Both the position numbers and the translations under genes were made by a program. Below are positions 1-15,800 of a DNA stretch of 64,000 nucleotides, in pieces (position 1 is the stretch's first letter; every line of letters begins with the position of its first letter). The DNA lies in assembly GCA_009914755.4 (NCBI GenBank), contig CP086569.2, positions 3,200,001 to 3,264,000 of the forward strand, read 5' to 3'. Source of the DNA: the human T2T-CHM13v2.0 reference genome, Homo sapiens. The notes under the pieces are model-generated. The model had not been told where the DNA came from. It searched no databases and worked only from the letters and a program-made list of their open reading frames with translations.

Positions 1-400
1 GCATGTACTAAAAGGTTCAAATAGATTTTTCTTTGATTCTATTAATGTGATTTATTATATTTATTTATTTGCATATGTTGAACCATTCATGCATCCCTGG
101 GATAAATCCCACTTGATTTTGGTGAATTATCTTTTTAATGTGTTGTTGAATTTGATTTTCTAGTATTTTGCTGAGGATTATTGTATGTATGTTCATCAGG
201 GATATTGGCCTGTAGTTTTCTCTCCTTGTTATGTCTTCGTCTGGTTGTAGTATCCGAATAATGCTGGCCTCATAGAATAAGTATGAATGTATTCCTTCCT
301 TTTGAATTTCTTGAAACAGTTTGAGTAGAATTGGCATTTTTTTCGGTAAGTGTTTGCTATAATGAAGCAGTGAAGTCATCAGGTCCTGGACTTTTCTCCA
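1..400 (-). mobile_element. L1 ORF2 fragment (reverse-transcriptase domain), antisense; window starts inside it
   Basis: Minus-strand ORF 65-379 translates to ...[85 protein letters not shown], which matches L1 ORF2p RT motifs ([10 protein letters not shown]...[14 protein letters not shown]). Confidence 0.85.
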
Positions 401-480
401 GTGCGGGACTCAAAAATTCCACCAAAACATGTTAGAACTGATAAACAAATTCAGTAACGTTGCAAGTTAGAAAATCAACA

Positions 481-863
<383 letters not shown>

Positions 864-1114
864 TTAAAATTGCTACAAAAATAAAATACCTAGGAACAAA
901 CATAACCAAAAAAGGGAAAGTCTTCTACACTGAAAATATAAAGTTGACAAAGACACAAAAAATAAAATGCTATTTTATGTTCATAGATTGAAAGAATATT
1001 GTTAAAATGTTCATACTACCCAAAATGATGTACGAATTCAATGTAATCTCTAATAAAGTATAAGTGATATTCTTCATAGAAATACAAAAACAATCCTAAA
1101 ATTTTTATGGAACT

Positions 1115-1355
1115 GGCTGGGTGTGGTGGCTCATGTCTGTAATCCCAGTACTTTGGAAGGCCGAGGCGGGCAGATCACCTGAGGTCAGGAGTTTGAGACA
1201 AGCCTGGCCAACATGGTGAAACCTTGTATCTACTAAAATTAGAAAAATTAGCTGCGCTTGGTGGCAGGTACCTGTAATCCCAGCTACTCAGGAGGCTGAG
1301 GCAGGAGAATCGCTTGAACCCGGGAGGTAGAGGTTACAGTGAGAGGTTACAGTGG
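1115..1355 (+). mobile_element. Alu, 3'-truncated (no A tail), abutting antisense L1
   Basis: ggctgggtgtggtggctcatgtctgtaatcccagtactttggaaggccgaggcgggcagatcacctgaggtcaggagtt ... ends gagaggttacagtgg without a tail. Confidence 0.85.
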
Positions 1356-3792
<2,437 letters not shown>

Positions 3793-4800
3793 TTGTTTCT
3801 TTATTTTTATCTGACTTAGTTGAATTACCCATCTTCAAGTTCTGAAATTCTTATGCTTAATATGGTGTATTGTCAAACCTTTCAACTGTAGTTCCAAATT
3901 ACATAAGTGATTCTTTCATTTCCAAAAATTCTGTTTGATTTTTAAATATATTTATCTCTTCTATTTCTCAGATTGCTTTTGTTTCTATGTGCTGATTTTA
4001 AACCTTCTCTTGGATTTCTTTGAGTTTCCTCACAATCCATACTTTGTATTCTTCATCTATCATTTCTGAATATCCGGTTTGGTTAGGATCCATTGCTAGA
4101 GATCTAGTGTTATCCTTTGGTGGTCTCACAATATTCAGTTTTTTCATGATGCCAGGATTTACACTGATTCCTCATCTGCAAAGGCTGGCATTCCTTGTTT
4201 TTGAAATTATTTTCTTTAGGATAGGATTGCTTTTTTCCTTATTTCTTTTTCATCCTTCCCCAGAGAGTGTGACTATAACGTATGTTGAGGAGGACCTTTT
4301 GTCTTTGCTTCTGTAGACCTGTTGTCTTTTATTGGCAGGTTTTATATGAGGCTGTGCAGTTCGAAGTGCAGGCCACTAGGTGGTGTTTATGGGAAAGAGC
4401 CAGCTGCAACACAAGCAGATATGTATGCACTTTGTTGTTTCCTGTGAGATGCTCTCTGCTGTTTCCTGTGATGGGCTGAGTAGTGGAGTGCACAGTGCCC
4501 GTAGCTTCCTGTTTAATCGAGGGAGGGTGACAAAGCTGAGCAGAGCTGGATCCCCTGGCATGCTTACGAGTACTTCAGTGATGGGTGCAGGCACCAGCCC
4601 TGATGGGGGTGGCCAGGAGTCTTTGAGGTCTCTGCAGGAAGTGAGGGGATGGCACTGGCTCCATACCCTGGATAGGCTAGAGCACGATCTGTTTCCCAGT
4701 AACACCCTTGTCCCATGGCTCATGACTGTCAATTTAGAGGCATACTGTTGTCTATCTTTAAGCCACAGTAAATGCCTGTATTGTTACTGTTAAGCCAAAA
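3793..4800 (-). mobile_element. Continuation of the same antisense L1 (ORF1 N-terminal part and 5'UTR) beyond the AluY insertion
   Basis: T-rich antisense ORF1-like sequence 3800-4300, then GC-richer 5'UTR-like sequence. Resumes immediately after the Alu TSD. Confidence 0.55.
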
Positions 4801-6950
4801 TATGTGAGACAGGTCTCGGTCAATTTAGAAAGTTGATTTTGCCAAGGTTAAGGACACACCCATGACACTTCCTCAGGGAAGTCCTGATGACGTGTGCCCA
4901 AGGTGGTCGAGAGTACAGTTTACTTTTACACATTTTAGGGAGACATGAGACATCAATCAATATGTGCAAGATGTACATTGGTTCAGTCCAGTAAGGCGGG
5001 ACAACTCGAAGTGAGGGCTTCCGGGTTAGAAGACAAAAGGTTGCATTCTTCTGAGTCCTTGTTCAGCCTTCCACTGAATACACAATTTGGCCTGGCTCGG
5101 TAAATCTGGATTTTTACATAAACAACAGGGCAGAGGAAGCAATCAGATATGAATTTGTCTCAGGTGAGCCTCAGAGGAATGACTTAGAGTTCTGTCTGTC
5201 CTATGTCTAGAAGGAATTTCCTATGGCGAAAGAGTGAGGAAAGTATGTAGCTTCTTATCTTTATAGCTGTCTTATTTAGGAATGAAATGTGAGGCAAGTT
5301 TGCCTGAAATAGTTTTCAGCTTGACTTTTCTCTTAGCTTAGTGGTTTGGGGGTCCTGAGATTTATTTTCCTTTCACATTACTCTCTGTGGGAGTGGCTTC
5401 AGTTTGGAAGTCCTTCACTCAGTACAATACAGACAGCTATATGGCTTGCCTGTTCTCTGATTTGGTAACAGTACTGATGTGTATAGAGAGGTCTCTATTT
5501 TTTTGGCCCATGTAGATGGGCATCAGTTGTGGAGGTGTCAGGTGGTTGAGTTGGCTTGACCTAATGCCCTGTGGGAAGTGGTCTGGTGGCAGAACTGTTG
5601 GACTGGGCTAGATTGTCCCATAGTTCACAGGTCCTTACATTGCCTGCTGGTTAGTGTCTATGAGTCCTGAAGAGGCTGGACCAGGCAGGGTTGGGCTAGC
5701 CCAGAGTTCAGATGCTGGCTGTGATGAAGAGGGGTGGGCTGGTCACTGATCACCAGCAGAACTGTCAGGTTGTGGGGTTACACTTTCAGGAGAAATGCTC
5801 AGGTGAAGGCAGGGCAGCAGTGCTGTGGGCCTTTAACTGCAGAGACCAGGTCCCCTCAGCTGGAGCAACAGAGACTGGCAGCTGTGGGGTGTGTGGCACA
5901 CTTGCACTTCCCTCCTACAAAAGTAGCTCTGGGTTTTATTAATACTCTTGGGGGCATGCACATGTGCTGGGCCTCCTTGCTCTCTCTCTGGCCCTGGAGT
6001 GGCAAGGACTTAGCCTGTGGCTGTGGCAGCTGCAAGGGGCTAGTCAGCGACCTCTGGGAGTGTGCTCTCAGAGGAACACACAGCCACAGCTGCAGTGTTC
6101 AGATGAAGGTGGGGCAGGTGCACTGGAGGCCTAAAGATGACAAGGCCCATTTGGCAGGAAGCAGTGAAGGTGGGGAGCTGTGGGGCATAAAATCTGTTGC
6201 TGTTCTGTACCTCATCTGCAGTTATCTGTGCTGACAGTGCCAGAATGTGTCCAGCCTCCCCATTCCCTCCCTGGCGTAGGGGCAGCAAGGGTGGAGGCAG
6301 CTGTAAAGGGCTTGTCAGTGACCTCTGGGAGTGGTGCTCTCAAAAGAATGCTGAACTGTGGCCAGTGTTCAGATGGAGATGGTATGGGTGTCCTTGGGGC
6401 CAGAAGGTGGCAAGCCTCATTTGGTAGGGAGCAGCAGAGTTGGAAAGTCACGTGGTGCACAGTCTGGCTGCTCCACAATACCATGGATGTAGTTTCTATC
6501 TTTGGGGTACATGAAAGTACCTGGTCTTTCTCTTTGGTGGGGTGGTGAGTAGCTGACAGTGGCCTACTCAGGGATCAAAAGCCTGTGGGATTCCATGTGG
6601 GCTTGAACGGTGCCTCTACAGTGTTTTCAGGTGGCTCTTGTGTTTTTCTGGTGGCCTGGGGGCATTGAGGGGACTCTCCCATGACTAGGATTGTAAAGGT
6701 CCATGGTGGAGGTGTGTATCACTGCTGGTGTCTCACTCACCCACCCCTTTCCCACCTTTGAGATCCTCTCTCGGCTCTGCACCTGTCCTGAATCAGTGGT
6801 AGTCTGGCTGCACACTTCTTGGCTTTCTGTGGGTCCCATCACTTACCTGGTGAATTTCAGTCTGCTCTATGAGATGATGTACTTGAGGTCTTGCTATTTA
6901 CTTGTTATTTGGGCTTATCTTCGTAATAAAGGTAAATAAATGCTTCTAGT
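4800..6950 (-). repeat. GC-richer repeat-like block, possibly the long 5'UTR of the antisense L1 (old L1P subfamily). Contains a roughly 280-bp internal tandem duplication (6013-6183 vs 6295-6450)
   Basis: Two diverged copies: ggcagctgcaaggggctagtcagcgacctctgggagtgtgctctcagaggaa...cagtgttcagatgaaggtggggcaggtg...ggcaggaagcagtgaaggtgg and ggcagctgtaaagggcttgtcagtgacctctgggagtggtgctctcaaaaga...cagtgttcagatggagatggtatgg...ggtagggagcagcagagttgg. No protein-like ORF. Family not assigned. Confidence 0.35.
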
Positions 6951-8400
6951 CAGCCATATTGAACCAGAACCTCTCAAGATTCATATCTGGAAACACTTCA
7001 CACACCCCCACACACCTTTTTGGTCATACCCACAATCTCTTGTATGATTTCTTTGATTGGCTCGGTTTTAAATCTGTGAAGTCATGCACAACGTCTGAAC
7101 ACAATTTTCTCCAGCAGAAATTTATTGTTTCAAGCTTGATACCTTTGGTGGCTTTTTTTAGTAACGATAATGGCATCTTGAATGGTAGATTTTTATCATC
7201 TTCTATTAGAATTATTTTCCATACAGTTGACAATCCTTTCCTTAGAGAACCATGAGGCTTATAGATCCCTATGACCCCCTAATCTGGAGGCTGAATTGCA
7301 AACATTATTTTGGGGGCAATTAGACCACTTTTTATACATTCAGTCTTGAACAACTAGGGTTCTGGGTGGCAACGGACATTGTACAATATTATAAGAACTT
7401 TAAAAGGCAGTCTCTTTTTGGTAAGGTACTTTCTGACTTCAAGGACAAAGCCTCAAATGATTAATAGAGAAAAAAGATTCTTATTGTCCCAGCCTACTTG
7501 TTTTACAACCAAAAGACTGGCAACTGGTATTTATCTTTTCCCTTCAATGCTCCAGGGTTAGCAACATTATAGATAAGGGCAGTCCTTATCATAAATCTGA
7601 CCATGTTTACACAAAACAGAAGAGTTATACTATCCTATCTCTAATCCTCGTACTCACCTCTCTTTTATCCTAATGAATGTCCTTTTGTGGCATTTTATTT
7701 CAGAATAGGGTACTTTTGTGTGCACTAAAAACTCATTCAGGTAGATATACTTTGTCCTCAATGATTTTCTTAATGGTAGCTGGGACCTGGTCTGCTTCTA
7801 CTAGGTCAGCAGAAGATGCTTCTCCTCTTTTCTTGATATTTTTAAGCCAAAATTTCTAAAAATGTTTTAAGCCAGAATTTGTCTTTCTGAAGTTATCAAA
7901 CCATTTCTTGCTGGTATTAAAATTTTCAGCTTTAGATCCTTCATCTTCCTTTTGCTTTAAGTTTTCATATAATAACTGGGCTTTTTCTTGCATTGTATTA
8001 GAATATTTAGATGTGCCTTTCTTTTAGCAGTCCTTCACTCACATAAAAGCTGCATATTCAACACAAGATAAGGTATTTCTCAAAAAGGCAAGCTTTTGGG
8101 ACTTGCTGGTATAACTACACTGATGGCTTCAACTTTTTTTTTTACAATGATCCTTAAGTTTGAGTTATTAATCTTGAAATGTCAGGCAAGCACAGCTGCA
8201 GACCTCAACTTATAGTACATATCAGGCAATTCAACTTTTTTTTGTAATCTCATGACTTTTCTGTGCTACCTGTAGTACATATCAGTCAACTGAACTCTTT
8301 CTTGTAAAGTCAGACTTTTTTGTGCTCCTTGAAAGCACTTCCAGCATTACTAGTGGCACTTCATATGGGTCCCATGGTTTTATTCAAGGGTTACAGTATT
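6950..8400 (-). mobile_element. pogo/Tigger-like DNA transposon remnant (transposase C-terminal fragment, antisense)
   Basis: Minus ORF 7024-7233 ...KLETINFCWRKLCSDVVHDFTDLKPSQ resembles the conserved W-K-L-P-x-VHDF-GF motif near the C-terminus of Tigger/pogo/CENP-B-like DDE transposases. Contains a roughly 60-bp local tandem duplication at 8210-8330. Confidence 0.4.
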
Positions 8401-11400
8401 GTACTAAACATTATAACAAATTAGTATAGTTTAAGGAGATACATATGTGTGCCACATTGTCCAGAATTGGATTTGTGTACTTAATTTTAGGTGTCAACCT
8501 GACAAGATGAAATAATACCTGGAAACCTGGTTAAGGATTATTTTTGGTGTGTATGTGAGGTTGTTTACAGAGAAGATTAGTGTGTGAATCTGAGTGGATT
8601 AGGTAGGGAAAATCTGCCCTTGTTATTGGTCAACATCATCCAATCACCTGGGGCCTGGAGAGAAAAAATTTAGAAGGAGAATTTGTCTCTCCCTGAGAAC
8701 TAAAATAGTCTTCTTCTGGTGCCTCAGTCATCAGAATGTTAGGCTTGCCAGCCTTTGGATTGCAGAATTTACTGCAGCCTCCCTAGGTTCTGAGGCTTTT
8801 AAAATCCTGAACAATTCTACCAGCATCCCAGGGTCTCCACTTGCATAAAGCCTGTCATTGGACTTCCCAGCTATCATAATTACATGAGCCATTTCCCCTA
8901 AGTTCTCTGTCATATAGCTACATACATATCCTATTGCTTATTACTCTCTGGAGAACCATGGGTTATACAGACTTGGCATAGGGGGAAGCTGAATATCATT
9001 CCTTCTTATTGTGTTTCTTACAAGACAATGAATGGGATCTCTGAAATTATTACCTTTTAAAAAGGCTATGATTAGTTAAATGTACAAGGTTACTTAACGC
9101 CGAATGATACAAGTTTAAATGTTAATTATAATTGGTGCTGCAAAAGCAAAAGTCTGCTTAATTCTACCAGCTGAGCAATAACCAGACTTTTAAATGGACA
9201 GCATATAGTTACAAAATTTGTAGACCAGAAGCACTCTCCAAATACAAGTGCAGTGAGTATTTCAAAGATCACAGAATAAGTAAAAATGCAGGTGAAAAAC
9301 ACAAGAACTCTCCCCTGCCAAATTATTCAATCATGTATTTCTGCTCCTTCATACATAGGTGCCATACTTGCCTTCAAAAAATGCCTGTCAGAGAATATAA
9401 AGAATTCCACAAGCTCAGCGACCTTCTGAACCAAAGACACTTGTTCATATTTTGGTTTCTTCAGTGTTACAAAACACATTAAATGGTAAACTTCTTTGAT
9501 TTTCTTATATTTACCACTAACCCTAATATAGAAATATGCTTCGCTGTGTCTAATGAATGGCACTTCCAACTGTCCCCACTATTTTTTATTAACTATGTAC
9601 AATTAATACCCTGGTTGAATCCAAAAATTTTAGAACTTTTCTACTCATTTTTGTATTAATAACTCAAAATAGTAAAGCATTTTGTAAATGCTCATTTGAA
9701 GATCTGGTGAACTTTGCAGAAAAAAAAAATAAATTTTCAAACCACAATGACAGTTTTGAGTAAGTGTGGCCAGAGCTTCTACAAGTGAATTTCAAAATGT
9801 TACCAATAAAGTTTTTTTTTCCATTAACCTCAATGCATTTGGTAAAAATTCTAATGAATGGATTGGTCACACAGCATGACAATGACAAAAGCTTCAGTTT
9901 AAAAATGTATCATTTGCCTGCATTGGCATTCCTTCAAGCTTATAACATCCCAGGAACTTTTCAGGAATTAAAACAGCATTTGTCCGAAAAGTCGGTGTAG
10001 TTAACTACAAGTTCAAAAATAATTTTGTGTATGGTAGTATAAGAAGCCACTTATTTAATAGTGTTGCTGTTTGGCCAGTGTTGTTTATATCAAATTTGTG
10101 GCCTATAATTGAGTCCATACAGACTGGATTTTTTGCATAACCAAAACAATATAGAAGCATTGCACATAAAATGGGAAAATTTAATCAGAAATGCTCATGT
10201 TGTTGTATATCAAATCATGAAAGAATTTCAAGAAAAGGCAATGCCATGTAATGGCAAATGAATGTGATCATATTCTCTGAGGACAGCCATTTCCTAAAAG
10301 AAAAAAGGCAGCTATTCATTAAGACACAATATTTCAAAATATAGTTAATGATCATAAAACTCAGTTATCTCTTAGGGAGTATCTCCGTGAAACTGCCCAT
10401 AAACTATCCCTGTGATACACTTTTTCATATGTTAAAAATTTTCTTTTTAGTCATTTTTATCTTCTTTTTCTTTTTTCAGGTTTCTTCACTATTTTAAATT
10501 ATCAGTACTTTTTTTTTTGCAATTTGCTATACTATATTTCATCTTCACTTCATTTCCAATACTGGAGGTTGAAATTGTGTAGAGACTTTTGGAGGGTTCT
10601 AATTGATTTTATGTATTTTTTATCAATTTGATGCCACAAAAGTGCATTATCACAATGTTGACTTTGTATGTAAGTATTATGTATGTATATAAAATGTTGA
10701 AACTTCCCCAAAATAGGCATATAGACCAATGGAACAGAATAGAGAACCCAGAAATAAATGAAGAGATGTCCTATCCTGTATTTTGTTGAATCTACATATA
10801 CAGATCATTTGGGGGAGAAATTTAACTTTATAATATTGTTTTCTAATTTGTGGTCATAACATATCACTTAATTCAAGCAGGAATTTTTCTTGGACCAGTT
10901 AGAGAATTGAGGTGACAGTGCCAAACTGCCACTGAAAACTTGAAGTGAATGATGAATTCAGAAGCCACAGCGCATATCAGCTTACCTAGAGCAGAAGATA
11001 GAACCATAAACTGACAGGATCACTAAAACAATAATTATAAAAAATTGATGGAGGCTGAGTGTGCACTACAGCAAAAGTGATAAATGTCTGGGGGTCATAT
11101 TTCTAAGGGAAAGTCCACATTTTTGTAAGTTTTACCTCCAGGAACTCACCAGTTTCTCATGGTAAAGAGAAAAAAAAAACCCTAAAATCTTCCTTTTTAT
11201 GGCAAGGAGATGGAAAAGGTAACCATTTAAAATATGCACAACATATTCATCATGACAAAGGGCATTTCTGCAAAAGAAATAATTTCACCAAGGTCTCATC
11301 CAAACTAGAAGAAAGACACTTAACCAAGTTTATCTCCTTCTAGGCTTTCTGTCTTATCTAGGTGGAAAACAAATAGCTATAGAACCACAGAGGACATGTG

Positions 11401-11989
11401 AAACTCACAACCCAGGGACACGAGCACTCTAAATGACTTAGATTCTTCCCAGCTTCACTGAGGTATAATTGACAAATAAAAATTGTATATATTGAAGGTC
11501 TACCACATGACATTTTGAAATATGTATACGTTGTGAAATGCTTACCACAATAAAGCTAATTAACATATCCATTACTCACATAGCTACTTTTTCTTGTGTG
11601 TGTGGTAAAAACTTAAGATCTACTCTCTTAGCAAGTTTTAAGTATATAATACATTGTAATTAACTGTAGTCCCCATGCTGTACATAAGATCTTCAAAAGT
11701 TATAAATCTTAAAACCTCAAGTTTGTACCCTTTTACCAATATCTCATTTCCCCCATTCCTGATCTCTGGTAACCACCCTTCTAAACTGTAAAATGATATA
11801 GTGTTATGTGAAAGTAAGCTACATTGTGAACTCTGGGGAAACCAATAACAAAATCAAGAATAAGAATAATTGATGTGATAAAAGAGAAGAGAAAATAAAG
11901 ATACATAAAATGATGAATTAAAATCAAAAAGAAAAAAGATAACAAAACTAAAAACAAAGAACAAGTGTAAGAAATAGAAAACAATTAAC

Positions 11990-12671
<682 letters not shown>

Positions 12672-12773
12672 TTAATATATATGTATTTAATGATAGATCA
12701 TCAGAATGCCTAAGGCAAGCTTTGGAACAGTGACATCGGGAATGTGGCACAGTAGGAGATACCTGCTTTCATC

Positions 12774-12815
12774 CTGCTCCTCCACCACCACCACCACCAC
12801 CAACAACAAAACAAC
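12774..12815. repeat. (CCA)7 and (CAA)n simple repeat
   Basis: ctccaccaccaccaccaccaccaacaacaaaacaacaaaac. Confidence 0.85.
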
Positions 12816-15800
12816 AAAACATAAACAAAAATAGCCTTGACAGGGCTTAAGGATCCTTTCCAGAATAAACAGTAACAAAGTAGAAAAAAAAAACGGAAAA
12901 AAACTGCACAGAAAGGATATATGATGAAAGTGGCATATCTGTAATGTCTGGAGATGACTAAGAGTAAAGAAGTGTGATGGCTATCCATGTCAGCCACATG
13001 TTGGGTTCCACTGCAGACTCCAATGGCCTGATCAGCAGAGGATACTGGCACCTTTCATCACTGAGGTAACAAATAGCCATCACCACTGCAGACCCCCATA
13101 GAGGAAGATGTGGTTGCACCATGGCCACCCAGAAGTCAAAACTGTGCTACTCTAGGACTGAAGCTGCCATCCCTCCCAACCCTGTGCATGCTGCTCCCCC
13201 CCACCAAGCACCACAGAGATGTAGCCACTTCACCAGTGTCCACATTCTAGACCATGGCTCTGTAATCTCTCTGTGCTTACCAGTGAACATCCACATCTTA
13301 AACACTGGAACTACCATAGTTAAGGACTAGCACCATCATAGGCCCTAAACCCTACAGTTACTCTGTTTTTGCATAAACTACAGGTCATTGCCCTGTAGCC
13401 ACCCCATGAAAGTAATGTATCTGGTGTTTGAGCCACACTCACAGCTAACCCATTCTCCAGTCCCTAAGGCTACTATAGCCATTCATGTGCTAACACTCCA
13501 AACTCCAGCCCCATTGCTGTACTGCACACACCTGCACCTAAAACTCAGAAACAATGTTACTATGAGATAGTCTGCACAGAAAACTGCATTGCTATTGTTG
13601 TCCTACACACATTTGTGCTCCATACTTCAATTCCCCAACTACTTCACAAACACCTATACCTCACACATTATTACCAATATGGCAATGAGGGTTTCTGTAC
13701 ATGAGGCACCATTGTCATGGCAGCCCAGGACCCTAGAGTCTTGATCTTTCCATGTGTGCCCATGCTTCAGATCCAAGCTCCATGGCTGCTTCTTAGGCAA
13801 TGTTCATGAGACACCAGGGGAAACATGCCATTAAGCTGGATCCAGTGCTAATAAAGATCATCAGGGCCATGACTTCTCTGGTAGAAAAAAAAAAATGATG
13901 AGAAAGACCCAACAGCCTTCACCATTAAAAACTTTAATGGCCTTCATCACCACTGCAGATACTTTCAGCCTTGGCTGTTAAAAACCACTGCAATCTTTGC
14001 CAACGTCAAACTTAGCTGGGAGATTTGCATGGAAACTATGCTGCTGTGCCCAAACCAGAGCCAGAACCTCCACAACCACTCAAACAGTGTCCTTTCAACT
14101 ACCTACCGAGGAAAGACTTTCCTCATGGAAAGTATTTCAATAAACTCTGGAAGAGGCGACTACTCCATCACATGTGCAGATATCAATGCAAGGCAGTAAG
14201 AAACATGAAAAACCAAGGAAACATATTACTACTAAAGAATACAATAATTTCCCAGTAACAGACCACAAAAAATGGAGATCTTTAAATTGCCTGAAAAATA
14301 ATCCAAAATAATTGTTCTAAGAAACCTCAGCAAATTTCAAAAGAAAACAGAGACAATTTAACAAAATCTGTAACATAATAAATGAACAAAATAAGTTTAA
14401 CAAAAAGATTAAAGCTGTATAAGAAATTACCAAAGAGAAGTTCTGGAACTAAAAATCAAAATGAAGGAAATGAAAAATGTAATAGAGATTATCAATAGCA
14501 GATTTCATCAAACAGAAAGAACAATCTATTAACTCAAATGTGGGTTATTTGAAAATATACAATCAGTTTTTAAAAGTAAAAAGAATGAAGAAAGTATGGA
14601 CTTTATGGGACAGCATCAAAATGGCTAACTTTCACATCACAAGAATTTGAGATGGAAAAGACAGAGAGAAATGGATAGAAATATTATTTAAATAAATAAT
14701 GGCTGAAAGCTTCTCAAATCTAGAGAAAGATTTAAATACTCAGGTACAAAGAGCTCGAAAGTCTCCAATCTGTTCAATTCACACAAAACTACACAAAGTC
14801 ATATTGTAAACAAATTGACAAAAGTATAAGGCAAAGAGAGATTCTTGTAAGCAGGAAGAGAAAATTTTACAAACTCACATAAAAAGGAACATAATTTGGC
14901 TATCATCAGATTTTATAGCAGAAACTTTTCAAATGAGGAGAAAATGGGGTGATATATCAAAGTACTAAAAGAAAAAAAATACTGGCAAGCAAGAATACTT
15001 TACCTGGCAAATCTATCCTTCAGAAATAAAGGACAGGTAAAGGCTTTCTAGACACAGCAAAGCTCAGGGAGTTCATCACCACTAAATCCTTACAAGAAAT
15101 TCTGAAGAAAGTTCTTCAAGCTAAAACAAAAGAATGCTAATTAGTAACATGAAAACATATGATCATATAAAACATACTGGTAAAAGTAAGTACATAGTTA
15201 AACTCAGAATACTGTAGTGCTGTAATGGTTGTGTTAAAATTATATACTTTTAGTGTAAAGGCTAAAAGACAAAACTGTTAAACATAACTATACCTCCAAT
15301 TAATTTTAAGGGATACACAATATAAAAAGGTGTAAATTGTGATATCAAAAACATAAAATGTGGGTAGGGTCATAAAAGTGTAGATTTTTTTAATGTGATG
15401 AAACTCAAGTTGTTATCAGCTCAAAAGAGCCTGTTATAAATAAATGTGGTGTTTTATATAAGCCTCATGATAACCACAAAAATCTATAGGAGATATGCAA
15501 AAGGAAAAGAGAAAAAAGTAAGGCATATCACTACAGAAAATTATCAAATCACAAAGAACAACAGTTATGGAGGAAGTAAAAAACAAAGAATGAACAAAAG
15601 TACCAGAAAACAATAAACTAAATGGAATTAGTAATTCCTTACCTATCAATAATTGCCTTGGATAGAAATGAATTAAATTCTCTACTCAAAAGATGTAGAG
15701 TGTCTGAATGGATAAAAAGCAAAACCCACCTACATGTTGCTTATAAGAGACTTACTTTGGTGTTAAGGACACATAGACTGACAGTGAAGGGATGGAGAAA

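Noticed and set aside
4380-6548. ORFs of 118-166 aa in the 4.4-6.5 kb block
   Set aside because: Lie in a GC-rich, internally duplicated L1-5'UTR-like repeat with no protein similarity or conserved domain. Treated as chance ORFs.
9327-10000. Minus-strand ORFs of 74-80 aa in unique AT-rich sequence
   Set aside because: Short, no recognisable domain, no splice or promoter context. Within the chance expectation for 64 kb.
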